64,000 nt of DNA from Pristiophorus japonicus (Eukaryota): assembly GCF_044704955.1 (NCBI RefSeq), contig NC_091978.1, forward strand, positions 297,414,001 to 297,478,000. Reading direction: 5' to 3'. This document shows, one piece after another, positions 51,246-63,635 of this stretch (its first letter is position 1; every line of letters starts with the position of its first letter). Made by a program: the position numbers and the translations under genes. The notes under the pieces were generated by a model. The model saw only the letters and a list, made by a program, of their open reading frames with translations. It did not search any database and was not told where the DNA came from.

Positions 51246-53085
51246 CTAGGAAGCTTGCTGGGAACATAAAAACTGACTGCAAAAGCTTCTGTAGATATGT
51301 GAAGAGAAAAAGATTAGTGAAGACCAACGTAGGTCCCTTGCAGCCAGAATCAGGTGAATTTATAATGGGAAACAAAGAAATGGCAGACCAATTGAACAAA
51401 TACTTTAGTTCTGACTTCAGGAAGAAAGACACAAATAACCTTCTGGAAATACTAGGGGACCGAGGGTCTAGTGAAAGGAGGAATTGAAGGAAATCCTTAT
51501 TAGGCAGGAAATTGTGTTCGGGAAATTGATGGGATTGAAGGCTGATAAATCCCCAGGGCCTGATAGTCTGCATCCCAGAGTACTTAAGGAAGTGGACCTA
51601 GAAATAGTGGATGCATTGGTGATCATTTTCCAACAGTCTATCGACTCTGCATCAGTTCTTTTGGACTGGAGGGTAGCTAATGTAACACCACTTTTTAAAA
51701 AAGGAGGGAGAGAGAAAACGGGGAATTATAGACCAGTTAGCCTGACATCGGTAGTTGGGAAAAGGTTGGAATCAATTATTAAAGATGAAATAGCAGCGCC
51801 TTTGGAAAGCAGTGACAGGATCGGTCCAAGTCAGCATGGATTTATGAAAGGGAAATCATGCTTGATAAATCTACTCGAATTTTTTCAGGATGTAACTAGT
51901 AGAGTGGACGAGGGAGAACTAGTGGATGTGGTGTAGTTGGACTTTCAAAAGACTTTTGACCAGGTCCCACATAAGAGATTAGCGTGCAAAATTAAAGCAC
52001 ATGGTATAGGGGGTAATGTGGATAGAGAACTGGTTGGCAGACAGGAAGCAGAGAGTAGGGATAAACGGGTCCTTCTCAGAATGGCAGGCAGTGACTAGTG
52101 GAGTGCTGCAGGGCTCAGTGCTGGGACCCCAGCTCTTTACAATATACATCAGTGATTTAGACAAAGGAATTGAGTGTAATATCTCCAAGTTTGCAGATGA
52201 CACGAAGCTGGGTGGTGGTGAGAGCTGTGTGGTAAGGCTGCAGGGTGACTTGGACAAGTTAAGTGAGTGGGCAAATGCATGGCAGCTGCAGTATAATGTG
52301 GATAAATGTGAGGTTATCCACTTTGGTGGCAAAAACATGAAGGCAGAATATTATCTGAATGGCGGCAGATTAAGAAAAGGGTAGTAGATACAACGAGATC
52401 TGGGTGTCATGGTACATCAGTCATTGAAAGTTGGCATGCAGGTACATCAGGTGGTGAAGAAGGCAAATGGCATGTTGGCCTTCATAGCTAAGGGATTTGA
52501 GTCTTAATGCAGTTGTACAGTGCATTGGTGAGGCCTCACCTGGAATATTGTGTTCAGTTTTGGTCTCCTAATCTGAGGAAGAACGTTCTTGCTATTGAGG
52601 GAGTGCAGCGAAGGTTCACCAGATTGATTCCCAGGATGACAGGACTGATATATGAGGAGAGACTGGATCGACTGGGTCTGTATTCACTGGAGTTTAGAAG
52701 AATGAGAGGGGATCTCATAGAAACATATAAAATTCTGACAGGACTGGACAAGTTAGATGCAGGAAGAATGTTCCCGCTGTTGGGGAAGTCCAGAATTAGG
52801 GGTCACAGTCTAAGGATAAGGGGTAAGACCGAGATGAGAGAAACTTCTTCACTCAGAGAGTTGTTAACCTGTGGAATTCTCTACCGCAGAGAGTTGTTGA
52901 TGCCAGTTCGTTAGATATATTCAAGAGGGAGTTAGATATGGCCCTGACAGCTAAAGGAATCAAGGGGTATTGAGAGAAAGCAGGAAAGGGGTACTGAGGT
53001 GAATGATCTTATTGAATGGTGGTGCAGGCTCGAAGGGCCGAATGGCCTACTCCTGCACCTATTTTCTGTTTTTCTATGTTTCTAT
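51246..53085 (+). mobile_element. 5'-truncated CR1
   Basis: [54 protein letters not shown]; tail at about 53080. Confidence 0.94.
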
Positions 53086-53530
53086 CCCATCCGGTCCTGC
53101 TGACTTATCTACTTTATGTACAGCCAGCCTAGTACCTGCTCTTCAGCAATTTTTATCCCATCCAATATCTCAACTACCTCTACTTTCACTATGACTTTGG
53201 CAGCACCTTCTTCCTTAATAAACACAGAAGCAAAGTACTCATTTAGCGCCTCAACCATGCCCACTGCCTCCATGCCTAGGTCTCCATTTTGGTCCCTAAT
53301 TGTCCCCACCTCTCTTACTACCCATTCACTATTTATATGCCTATTGAAGATTTTTGGATTCCCTTTTATGTTAGCTGCCAATCTATTCTCATATTCCCTC
53401 TTCCCCCCACCCGCCCCCCCCCCCCCCCCCCACTTATTTCCTTTTTCACTTCCACTCTACGCTTTCTATATTGAGCCTGGTTCTCACTTATATTCTCAAC
53501 CTGACATCTGTCAAATGCCCCCTTTTTCTA

Positions 53531-56003
53531 GAAACATAGAAACAGAGAAAATAGGTGCAGGAGTAGGCCATTCGGCCCTTCTAGCCTGCACCGCCATTCA
53601 ATGAGTTCATGGCTGAACATGCAACTTCAGTACCCCATTCCTGCTTTCTCTCCATACCCCTTTATCCCTCTAGTAGTAAGGACTTCATCGAACTCCTTTT
53701 TGAATATATTTAGTGAATTGGCCTCAACAACTTTCTGTGGTAGAGAATTCCACAGGTTCACCACTCTCTGGGTGAAGAAATTCCTCCTCATCTCGGTCCT
53801 AAATGGCTTACCCCTTATCCTTAGACTGTGTCCCCTGGTTCTGGACTTCCCCAACATTGGGAACATTCTTCCTGCATCTAACCTGTCTAACCCCATCAGA
53901 ATTTTAAACGTTTCTATGAGGTCCCCTCTCATTCTTCTGAACTCCAGTGAATACAAGCCCTTTCCAGTCTTTCTTGATATGTCAGTCCCGCCATCCCGGG
54001 AATCAGTCTGGTGAACCTTCGCTGCACTCCCTCAATAGCAAGAATGTCCTTCCTCAAGTTAGGAGACCAAAACTGTACACAATACTCCAGGTGTGGCCTC
54101 ACCAAGGCCCTGTACAACTGTAGCAACACCTCCCTGCCCCTGTACTCAAATCCCCTCGCTATGAAGGCCAACATGCCATTTGCTTTCTTAACCGCCTGCT
54201 GTACCTGCATGCCAACCTTCAATGACTGATGTACCATGACATCCAGGTCTCTTTGCACCTTCCCTTTTCCTAATCTGTCCCCATTCAGATAATAGTCTGT
54301 CTCTCTGTTTTTACCACCAAAGTGGATAACCTCACATTTATCCACATTATACTTCATCTGCCATGCATTTGCCCACTCACCTAACCTATCCAAGTCGCTC
54401 TGCAGCCTCATAGCATCCTCCTCGCAGCTCACACTGCCACCCAACTTAGTGTCATCCGTAAATTTGGAGATACTGCATTTAATCCCCTCGTCTAAATCAT
54501 TAATGTACAGTGTAAACAGCTGGGGCCCCAGCACAGAACCTTGCGGTACCCCACTAGTCACTGCCTGCCATTCTGAAAAGTCCCCATTTACTCCTACTCT
54601 TTGCTTCCTGTCTGACAACCAGTTCTCAATCCATGTCAGCACACTACCCCCAATCCCATGTGCTTTAACTTTGCACATTAATCTCTTGTGTGGGACCTTG
54701 TCGAAAGCCTTCTGAAAGTCCAAATATACCACATCAACTGGTTCTCCCTTGTCCACTCTACTGGAAACATCCTCAAAAGATTCCAGAAGATTTGTCAAGC
54801 ATGATTTCCCTTTCACAAATCCATGCTGACTTGGACCTATCATATCACCTCTTTCCAAATGCACTGCTATGACATCCTTAATAATTAATTCCATCATTTT
54901 ACCCACTACCGATGTCAGGCTGACCGGTCTATAATTCCCTGTTATCTCTCTCCCTCCTTTTTTAAAAAGTGGGGTTACATTGGCTACCCTCCACTCCATA
55001 GGAACTGATCCAGAGTCAATGGAATGTTGGAAAATGACTGCCAATGCATCCACTATTTCCAAGGCCACCTCCTTAAGTACTCTGGGATGCAGTCCATCAG
55101 GCCCTGGGGATTTATCGGCCTTCAATCCCATCAATTTCCCCAACACAATTTCCCGACTAATAAGGATTTCCCTCAGTTCCTCCTCCTTATTAGACCCTCC
55201 GACCCCTTTTATATCCGGAAGGTTGTTTGTGTCCTCCTCAGTGAATACCGAACCAAAGTACTTGTTCAATTGGTCCGCCATTTCTTTGTTCCCCGTTATG
55301 ACTTCCCCTGATTCTGACTGCAGGGGACCTACGTTTGTCTTTACTAACCTTTTTCTCTTTACATATCTATAGAAACTTTTGCAATCCGTCTTAATGTTCC
55401 CTGCAAGCTTCTTCTCGTACTCCATTTTCCCTGCCCTAATCAAACCCTTTGTCCTCCTCTGCTGAGTTCTAAATTTCTCCCAGTCCCCGGGTTCGCTGCT
55501 ATTTCTGGCCAATTTGTATGCCACTTCCTTGGCTTTAATACTATCCCTGATTTCCCTTGATAGCCACGGTTGAGCCACCTTCCCTTTTTTATTTTTACGC
55601 CAGACAGGAATGTACAATTGTTGTAGTTCATCCATGCGGTCTCTAAATGTCTGCCATTGCCCATCCACAGTCAACCCCTTCAGTATCAGTCGCCAATCTA
55701 TCCTAGCCAATTCACGCCTCATACCTTCAAAGTTACCCTTCTTTAAGTTCTGGACCATGGTCTCTGAATTAACTGTTTCATTCTCCATCCTAATGCAGAA
55801 TTCCACCATATTATGGTCACTCTTCCCCAAGGGGCCTCGCACAACGAGATTGCTAATTAATCCTCTCTCATTACACAACACCCAGTCTAAGATGGCCTCC
55901 CCCCTAGTTGGTTCCTCGACATATTGGTCTAAAAAACCATCCCTTATGCACTCCAGGAAATCCTCCTCCACCGTATTGCTTCCAGTTTGGTTAACCCAAT
56001 CTA
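53531..56003 (-). mobile_element. Young 5'-truncated CR1 with a 680-aa uninterrupted ORF2 segment
   Basis: ORF 53929-55971 spans APE C-terminus (GKSDHNMV) through RT; one frameshift near 53960; RT motif reads KFTDD. Confidence 0.96.
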
Positions 56004-56103
56004 TTCTGCTTCATTTTACTCTCTATCTCTTTCATCATCCTGGGAGCTCTGACTTTGGTTGCCCTACCTATCCCCCACGTGGGTGTGTACCTCGATTCTA
56101 TCC

Positions 56104-56365
56104 GAATCATAGAAACATAGAAATTTACAGTGCAGAAGGAGACCATTTCGGCCCATCGTGTCCATGCCGGCATGGCCCTTGGTCAGCAGCCCTAAAGGTT
56201 ACGTACGGCCCTTGGTCAGCAGCCCTAAAGGTTACATATAAATCTATGAATAATGCCGGAAAGGCAAAGAGCACCCAGCCCAACCAGTCCGCCTCACACA
56301 ACTGCGACACCCCTCATACTGAAACATTCTACACTCCACCCCAACTGGAGGCATGTGATGTCCTC
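56104..56365 (-). mobile_element. CR1 3' UTR fragment (same family as 3410-3830)
   Basis: Reverse complement of CATAGATTTATATGTAACCTT..GGGCTGCTGACC; contains a short internal duplication at about 56174-56240. Confidence 0.85.
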
Positions 56366-56989
56366 TTTAAAGGCAGACCATTATTCAATTACAATTTTGT
56401 CTGCCAATCTTTGATTCCAATTTACAAGGGCCAGATCCATTCTCAGCCCACTGAAATGTCCCTTCCTGCAATTAAGTATTTTTACTTTCGATTGCTCGCT
56501 GTCCTTTTCCATAGCTAATCTAAACCTTGTGATGCAATGATTACTGTTCCCTAAATGTTCTGCTACTAACACTTGCTCCACTTGACCCACCTCATTGCCC
56601 AGAACCAGATCCAGCAATGCCTCCATCCTCGTTATGCCGGAAACATACTGATCAAGAAAGTTGTCCTGAACACACTTCAGAAATTCTTCCCCCTTTCGGC
56701 TCTCTACACTATTACTTTCCCAGTCTCTATTTTCTCTACTCTATAGTTCTTGCACCTCTTTAAAGCACCATTTTCCTGCAGATTTACTCGTCTATATCCT
56801 TCCCACGAGTTGGTGACCTATAGAATACACCTAGTAGTGTAATGGCACCTCTATTGTCACTTAACTTTAAAATTAGAGCTGGTCCATTCAGAGCAAAATC
56901 AGGAGTACTTTTTCGCACAGAGTAGTAGAAATTTGGAGCTCCATCCGCAAAACACTACATGCTAAGACAGCTTGAGCTTTCAAGACTGA

Positions 56990-57360
56990 GGGCCCGAACT
57001 TGGTCAAAGCTAAGGCCCGCCCAAAGGACCGCTGAGATACCTGACAGTACTTTGGCAGGGAGATTCCGCAAAAAGACCTGCAAAGACCACCCGGTGTCAA
57101 AAAAACGACTTACGCCTTCAATGTGGGCGGAAGCTCCCAATCTCGGCGGCAAATGCAATCCTCGCCAAATTGCCGCCGAGGATTGAGTCGGGGTTAGACC
57201 TGCCTCCACACAGCGGTCCTCCCCCTGCAGCCCTCGACTCTCGCCCAGAGCATTCTGGCAGCTTGGCAGACGGGAGGACACCTACGTGGCCGAGAGGAAA
57301 CTGGCACCGAGGGGAGACCGCCCAGAAAACTCGGTGGCAGCGGGCGGTAAGTTCGGCCCC
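56990..57360. mobile_element. Harbinger-type MITE (371 bp)
   Basis: TIRs GGGCCCGAACT / AGTTCGGCCCC; flanks TGA/TAA. Confidence 0.8.
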
Positions 57361-57385
57361 TAAGTGTTTGATTTTTGTTAGGTAA

Positions 57386-59050
57386 GGCCAACATGCAATA
57401 GAATTGTAGAGCACAGGAGGCCATTTGCCCCATCATGCCTGTGCTCTTTGAATGAGCTATCGAATTACTCCCACTTCTCTGCTCTTTCCTCGTAAACTTG
57501 CAATACTTTCCTTTTCAAGTATTTATCCAACTGCCTTTTGAAAGTTACTTGAATCTACTTCCACCTCCCTTTCGGGCAGTTCATTGCAGGTCATAACAAC
57601 TCACTGCATAAAAAAAATTCTCATCTCTCCCCTGGTTCTATTGCCAATTGCCTTAAATCTGAGTCCTCTGGTTGCTGGCCATCCTGTCAATGGAAACAAC
57701 TTCTCCTTATGTACTCTATCAGAACCTTCATAATTTTGAACACCTATATTTAATATGCCCTTAACCTTGTCTGCTCTAAAGAAGACAATCCCAAATTTTC
57801 TAGTCTCTACACATAACTGAAGTCCCACATCCTGGTACCATTTTGATAAATCTCTTTTGCACCCTGTCCAAAGGATGCACCCTGTTACAGCCTTACTAAA
57901 GTGTCGTACCCAGAATTAGACACACTACTCCAACTGAGACCCAAGCAGAAGCGTACGAAAGCATGAGCCTTATGCTAAACATCCGTAAGACAAAGGTCCT
58001 CCACCAACCTGACCCCGTCACGCAGCACTGCCCCCCGCCCCGGTCATCAAAATCTACGGTACGGCCTTGGACAACGTGGACCATCTTCCATACCTCGGGA
58101 GCCTACTATCAGCAAGGACAGACATCGATGACGAGGTCCAACACTACCTCCAGTGTGCCAGCGCAGCCTTCGGTTGCCGAGGAAGAGGGTGTTTGAAGAC
58201 CAGGACCTCAAATCTGACACCATGGTTTACAGGGCAGTAGTGATAACTGCCCTCCTATATAGCTCAGAGACTTGGACCATATACAGCAGACATCTCAAAG
58301 TGCTAGAGAAGTACCACCAACGCTGCCGCCTCAAGATCCTGCAAATCCACTGGGAGGACAGACGCATCAACGTCAATGTTCTTGCTCAGGCCAACATCCC
58401 CAGCATCGAAGCACTGACTACCCTCGACCAGCTCCATTGGGCGGGCCACATCGTCCGCATGCCCGACACGACACTCCCAAAGCAAGCGCTCTACTCTGAA
58501 CTCCTACACGGCAGGCGAGCCCCAGATGGGCAGAGGAAACGTTTCAAGGACACCCTCGAAGCCTCCTTGATAAAGTGCAACATCCCCACCGGCACCTGGG
58601 AATCCCAAGCCCAAAACCGCCCTAAATGGAGGAAGAGCATCCGGGAGGGCACTGAGCACCTCGAGTCTCGTTGCCGAAAGCATGCAAAAATCAAGCGCAG
58701 ACAGCGGAAAGAGCATGCGGCAAACCAGGCTCCCCACCCACCCTTTCCTTCAACCACTGTCTGCCCCACCTGTGACAGAGATTGTAATTCCCGCATTGAA
58801 TTGTACAGTCACCTGAGAAGTCATTTTTAGAGTGGAAGCAAATCTTCCTTGATTCCGAGGGACTGCCTATGCCTATAAAGGTTTCGCGTAAGTAACTTCC
58901 TTACATTTGTACTCTGCCTGTATTTATAAAGCCCAGGATCCTGTATGCATTTTTATCAGACTTATCAACTTGTTCTGCCACCTTCAAGGATTTGTGTCGA
59001 TAACCGCCCAGGTCTCTCTGTTCTTGCACCCCCTTTAAAATTGTACTATT
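57386..59050 (-). mobile_element. Old CR1 3' fragment interrupted by an RTE
   Basis: KGVQEQRDLG..SLKVAEQVDK; EKLFPL..FKAIG. Confidence 0.8.
57946..58871 (+). mobile_element. RTE-clade LINE 3' fragment
   Basis: LNIRKTKVL, LLYSSETWT, QLHWAGHIVRMPD, CPTCDRDC..SHLRSH; tail GAGGGACTGCCTATG. Confidence 0.93.
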
Positions 59051-59163
59051 TAGTTTTAATTGGCAAAAGCAAAGGCAGGTAAATTGCATTGAGGTGCAGA
59101 ACATTGAGTGGCAGAGCAGGCTCAAGGGAATGAATAGCCTACTCCTATTCTTTATGTTCCTAT

Positions 59164-60346
59164 ATCGCATTCTCCATAAACACCATGGACCAACAGGGAG
59201 GGCTAGGCTATGGGGTTTGCAGACACTGCAGGCTTCCCTCAAGTAATCATCATCATAGGTGGTCCCTTGAATGAGGATGACTTGTTTCTACACCAAAGGG
59301 GACGAGTTCACAGATGTTTCAATGAAGGACCCGCTATTGCAGTCCTGAACTCCAATTGAAGGGGTGGAAGATGCGTGGATTTTTTTAACGTGTACATCGG
59401 CCACCACACGGGCTTGACAGAGCTAGGCCTTTATCCAGTGGCAAAGGTTAACCAGGACTGGAGACCCTGCTCTGCTGGACAGACTTAGTGTGCACACATA
59501 TTGCAGGGTAGGCTGGCCCATGCTGCCCCTGGGCCTTTGGCTCTTCTGGGCCCTGTACCCTCATTTGCCGCACCTCTGCCATGATCTCCCACCGCACCTC
59601 CGCACTAAACATTCGCTGAACCTCCACCATGATCACCCACCGAATCTTAGCCACGATCCAGCATCGCTCCTCTGCCTCGATCACTCACCGCACCTCCGCC
59701 ACGACCTTCCCGCTCCTCTGCTGTACCTGGGCCCTGCCGATACTCCTGCCCATGCTCCAAACAGCGGCCTGGGTCCTGATGACATCACCCGGTCGCCCAC
59801 CTCAAAATCGTCGCACACATGGAACAGCTCACGCTGGACGTTGCAGTGGTATGCCGCTCTAGCTCTTTTTTAGCCCGACTTGCGGATGTGTTCTCTTGCA
59901 GGTCGGGGGGCCACGATGTCTCTCAAGTCAAAGGTGTGAACGACTGCACCCATGTATCCCTCAGGGCAGCTGCCTTCATAAACCATAATGTTCAGCTTGT
60001 TTATGGCCACCATCAGTAGATTATGCAGGTCTATGCCTGCTATCCTGACAGCAGTCATGATGCCTTTATACTCATCCCCCTCCCCCACCCTTTTGTACAG
60101 AACAAGAAGTAAGAGGCTGTTTGCTTGGCGTCGAGGGCAATTCATTTCACATGTGGCTCATGCTATCTCCTGTAAACCCACACTCTCCCTGTTGAAATGA
60201 GATTCAACCAGAGCTATGGGTCCACATGAGTCATTATAAAGCAGACATTAGAAGCGCTTAAACAACTGTTCCGCTACCTAGACAGCTCTGGGGACCTTCT
60301 GCAGGGGACCAGAGGGAGTGTCCTGTATTGTGGTTGTCTGGTTCAT
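59164..60346 (-). pseudogene. Putative CARD/death-fold-like coding relic (3 in-frame stops, interrupted by insertion 59245-59921)
   Basis: Acceptor ttatctgcag| at 60441/60440, caagATG at 60346; one frame gives AEQLFKRF*CLLYND..PIALVESHFNRESVGLQEIA*ATCEMNCPRRQANSLLLLVLYKRVGEGDEYKGIMTAVRIAGIDLHNLL; fold assignment is by pattern only. Confidence 0.45.
59245..59921 (-). mobile_element. Non-autonomous RTE-derived element (SINE-like/bipartite) with 7-bp TSD CTCAAGT
   Basis: CTCAAGT at 59238-59244 and 59922-59928; minus-strand 3' end AAGTCATCCTC..AGGGACCACCTATGATGATGAT matches the RTE tails at 44070-44100 and 58835-58870; no RT. Confidence 0.85.
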
Positions 60347-60459
60347 CTTGCACAATTAATCAGCACTTCAACTAAACTATTCCCACCAACTACTGATGTA
60401 CACTAGACAATGAAAGGGCAGCAGCTACTATAGAAATAACCTGCAGATAAGGTCATAAA

Positions 60460-60720
60460 AAAAAAAAGACTTTCTAGCACTTTTCATGACCTCAGGACGT
60501 CCCAAAGCGTTTTACAGCTAATGATGTATGTTTGAAGTGTAGTATTATGTAAAAGGGTGTTTGGGGGGGGGGGGGAACGGCAGGCGGGGCGAGATTGTGA
60601 ACTGTTGTGCTGTAGGAAACATGGCAGTCAGTTCCCACAAACTGCAATGTGATAATTACCAGCTTTTTAAAAATTATGTTGATTGAAGAATATTGTCCAG
60701 GACTCCGTGGATAACTCACT
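60460..60720 (-). mobile_element. SINE 3' portion (DeuSINE/SacSINE1-like)
   Basis: Reverse complement GCTGTAAAACGCTTTGGGACGTCCTGAGGTCATGAAA tail, similar to 8800-8910. Confidence 0.65.
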
Positions 60721-60799
60721 GCTTTTTAAAAATTTGTTCATGGGATGTGGGCGCCGCTGGCAAGGCCAGCATTTATTGCCCATCCCTAATTGCCCTTGA

Positions 60800-63635
60800 G
60801 AATCACAGAATCACAGAAATGTACAGCATGGAAGGAGGCCATTTCAGCCAATCGTGTCCATACCAGCCAACCAAGATCTATCCAGCCTAATCCAACTTTC
60901 CAGCTCTTGGTCCGTAGCCCCGTAGGTTACGGCACTTTAAGTGCACATCCAAGTACTTTTTAAATGTAGTGAGGGTTTCTGCCTCTACCACCCTTTCCCT
61001 ATTGCGTTCCAGACCCTCACCACTGTGGGTGAAGAAATTTCCCCTCGTATCTCCTCTAAACCTCCGCCCAATTACTTTAAACTTATGTCCCCTAGTTGTT
61101 GACTCCCTCTGCCATGGAAACAGGTCCTTCCTATCCATTCTATCCAGGCTCCTCATAATGTTATACACCTCAATCAGGTCTCCCCTCAAGCTCCTCTGTT
61201 CCAAAGAAAACAGACACAGCAGCTCCAATGTTTCCTTATAGCCAAAATTCTCCCGTCCAGGCAACATTCTTGTAAATCTCCTCTGCACCCTTTCCAGTGC
61301 AATCACATTTTTCCTGTAATGTGGTGACCAGAACTGCACACAGTACTCCAGCTGTGGACTAACCAGTACTTCATACAGTTCAAGCATGACCTCCTTGCTC
61401 TTGTAGTCCATGCCTCGATCGATAATGGTAAGTATTCGATATGCCTTCTTAACCACCTTATCTACCTGGACTACTGCCTTCAGGAATATATGGACAGGCA
61501 CCCCAAGATCCCTTTGTTCCTCTACACCTTTTAGTGTCGTACCATTTAATGTGTATTCCCTTGCCTTGTTAGACCTCCCCAAATGCATTACCTCACACTT
61601 ATCCGGATTGAATTCAATTAACCATTCTTCTGCTCACCAGACCAGTACATTGATATTTTCCTGCAGTCCGCAGCTTTCTTCTTCATTATCAACCACAATG
61701 TCTATTTTAATGTCATCTGCAAACTTTTTAACCATACCCCCAACATTCAAGTCCAAGTCATTGATATATACCACAAAAAGCAAGGAACAAAATATATACT
61801 ACAAAAAGCACTGAGCCCTGCGGAACCCCACTGGATACAGTCTTCAAGTCACCAACGCACTCATCAACCATTACCCTTGGCTTCCTGCCTCTGAGCCAAT
61901 TTTGGATTCAACTTGCCACTTTGCCTTGGATCCCATAGGCTTTTACTTTCGTGACCAGTCTGCCGGGTGGGACCTTATCAAAAGCTTTGCTAAAATCTAC
62001 ATCATACGCACTGCCTCACTGACCTTCCTGGTTTCTTCCTCTTAAAATTAAACCTTCCTTTAATAAATCCATGCTGACTGTCCTTGATTAATTCATGGGG
62101 CCGAAATTCAGACACGCTAGGAAGCTGGCGCACCAATGATTTCCTACCTGGTTTCTCCGCCGGGAGCGATGAGACGGCTTTCGGGAGTTTGAACTTTTTT
62201 TGATGTTGGACCAGGAAGTCGGTCATAGTGGGGGCGGAAGTGCGGTGGTAAGTCATGCTGAGGGGTGGAAGTTGGAGCGGGATCGAGTCTCCGCCGCTGT
62301 CACTCAACGGCGGAGTGATGGTGACATCGCTGTGCGTGTGCATCACCACACTCTCTCCCCTCCATTAAAGGGGAGCGAATCGTAGATTTATTTTAGCTTC
62401 CACCACTGGACCACCAGGGAGGGTTTTAGGTTTTGGCTGGGCCAGTGGCCTGGCACACAAGAGGGGTTGCCAGGCTGCCTGTTGGCAACAACATGACGGC
62501 TGCGACAGTGGGCCCTCCACTTGAAGGGCCGCCAAGCTGCCGGGCCGGACAAGGGTAGGAGAAGGTGCAATGACAGAAAAAGATGTTGGGGCCACTGTCC
62601 AGCGGCTCGTTAATTTTTTTCAACTAAATTTGGGGCGGATTAAATCGTTGGTGCGGGATAGCGGAGGTGCAGGATAGCGGTGGTGCGTGCTTTGATGACG
62701 CGCTTGTGGCGGTCGGCAGCAGTGGGGACAGGCCGAAAAATCCCCGAGTTGAACTTGGCTTGGGGCGGCCAATGAACTGCAATGCAGCGGCCACTTGATT
62801 CTGCCGCATGGCCACCGCAAAACGGCAGTAACGGGCCTTATACAGACCCTGAATTTCGGCCCCCATGTCTTTCCAAATGAAGATTTATGCTGTTTTCAGG
62901 ATTTTTTCCAATAATTTTCCCAGCACTGAGGTTAGGTTGACTGGTCTGTAATTACTCGATCTATCCCTTTCTCTGTTTTTAAACAAAGGTGCAACATTAA
63001 CAGTCCTCCAGTCCTCTGGCACCACACATGAGGACTAGAAAATGATGGTCAGAGCCACTGCTATTTGGTCTTTTGCTTCTCTTAACAGCCTGGGATACAT
63101 TTCATCCGGGCCTGGGGAATTATCTACTTTCAAAGCTGCTAAGCCCCTTAATACTTCCTCTCTCACTATGTTTATCTCATCTATTTCACACTCCTCCCTC
63201 ATTGCAAAGTCTGCATCGCCCCTCTCTTTTGTGAAAACAGATGCAAAGTATTCATTAAGAATCATACCCACATCTTGTGTCTCCACACATAGATTTCCTT
63301 TATGATCTCTAATAGGCTCCACTCTTTCTCTAGATATCCTCTTGCTCTTAATGTATTTATAAAACATCTTTGTGTTTTCCCTGATTTTACTTGCCAACAT
63401 TCTTTCATGCTCTCTTTGCTTTCCTGATATCTTTTATTCCTAGTCGACGTTTGTCCTGTTCCATAACTATCCTAAATCTTACTGAATTATGATCACTAGC
63501 ACCAAAATACTCTCCCACTGATACCCCTTCCACCTGCCACTCTTCATTCCCCAAAACCAAGTCAGAACTGCCCCCTCCCTTGTTGGACTTGTTACATACT
63601 GGCTAAATAAGTTCTCCTGAATACATTTTAGGAAT
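60800..63635 (-). mobile_element. CR1 LINE fragment (APE C-terminus to 3' tail), interrupted by MITE 62097-62863
   Basis: ORFs 60887-61588 and 63035-63400 ([24 protein letters not shown]). Confidence 0.92.
62097..62863. mobile_element. Intact Harbinger-type MITE, 15-bp perfect TIR, 3-bp TSD CAT
   Basis: GGGGCCGAAATTCAG / CTGAATTTCGGCCCC; removal restores CR1 ATTAATTCATGTCTTT (cf. 15401-15416). Confidence 0.92.

Larger units (their letters stand above)
50811..56860 (-). mobile_element. Old CR1 broken into four pieces (50811-51245, 53086-53528, 56004-56103, 56366-56860) by later CR1 insertions
   Basis: Collinear APE/RT fragments (ALLDLVLGNEVGQV, ANIKGNPKIF..LNEYFASVF). Confidence 0.8.

Noticed and set aside
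55610-56518. 302-aa plus-strand ORF and the many similar antisense ORFs (e.g. [20 protein letters not shown])
   Set aside because: Antisense shadow frames of CR1 ORF2 crossing unrelated insertion junctions
58901-59163. C-terminal part of the 113-aa ORF as a continuation of the CARD-like relic
   Set aside because: Runs into CR1 tail and RT fragments; only 59164-59244 is unique sequence
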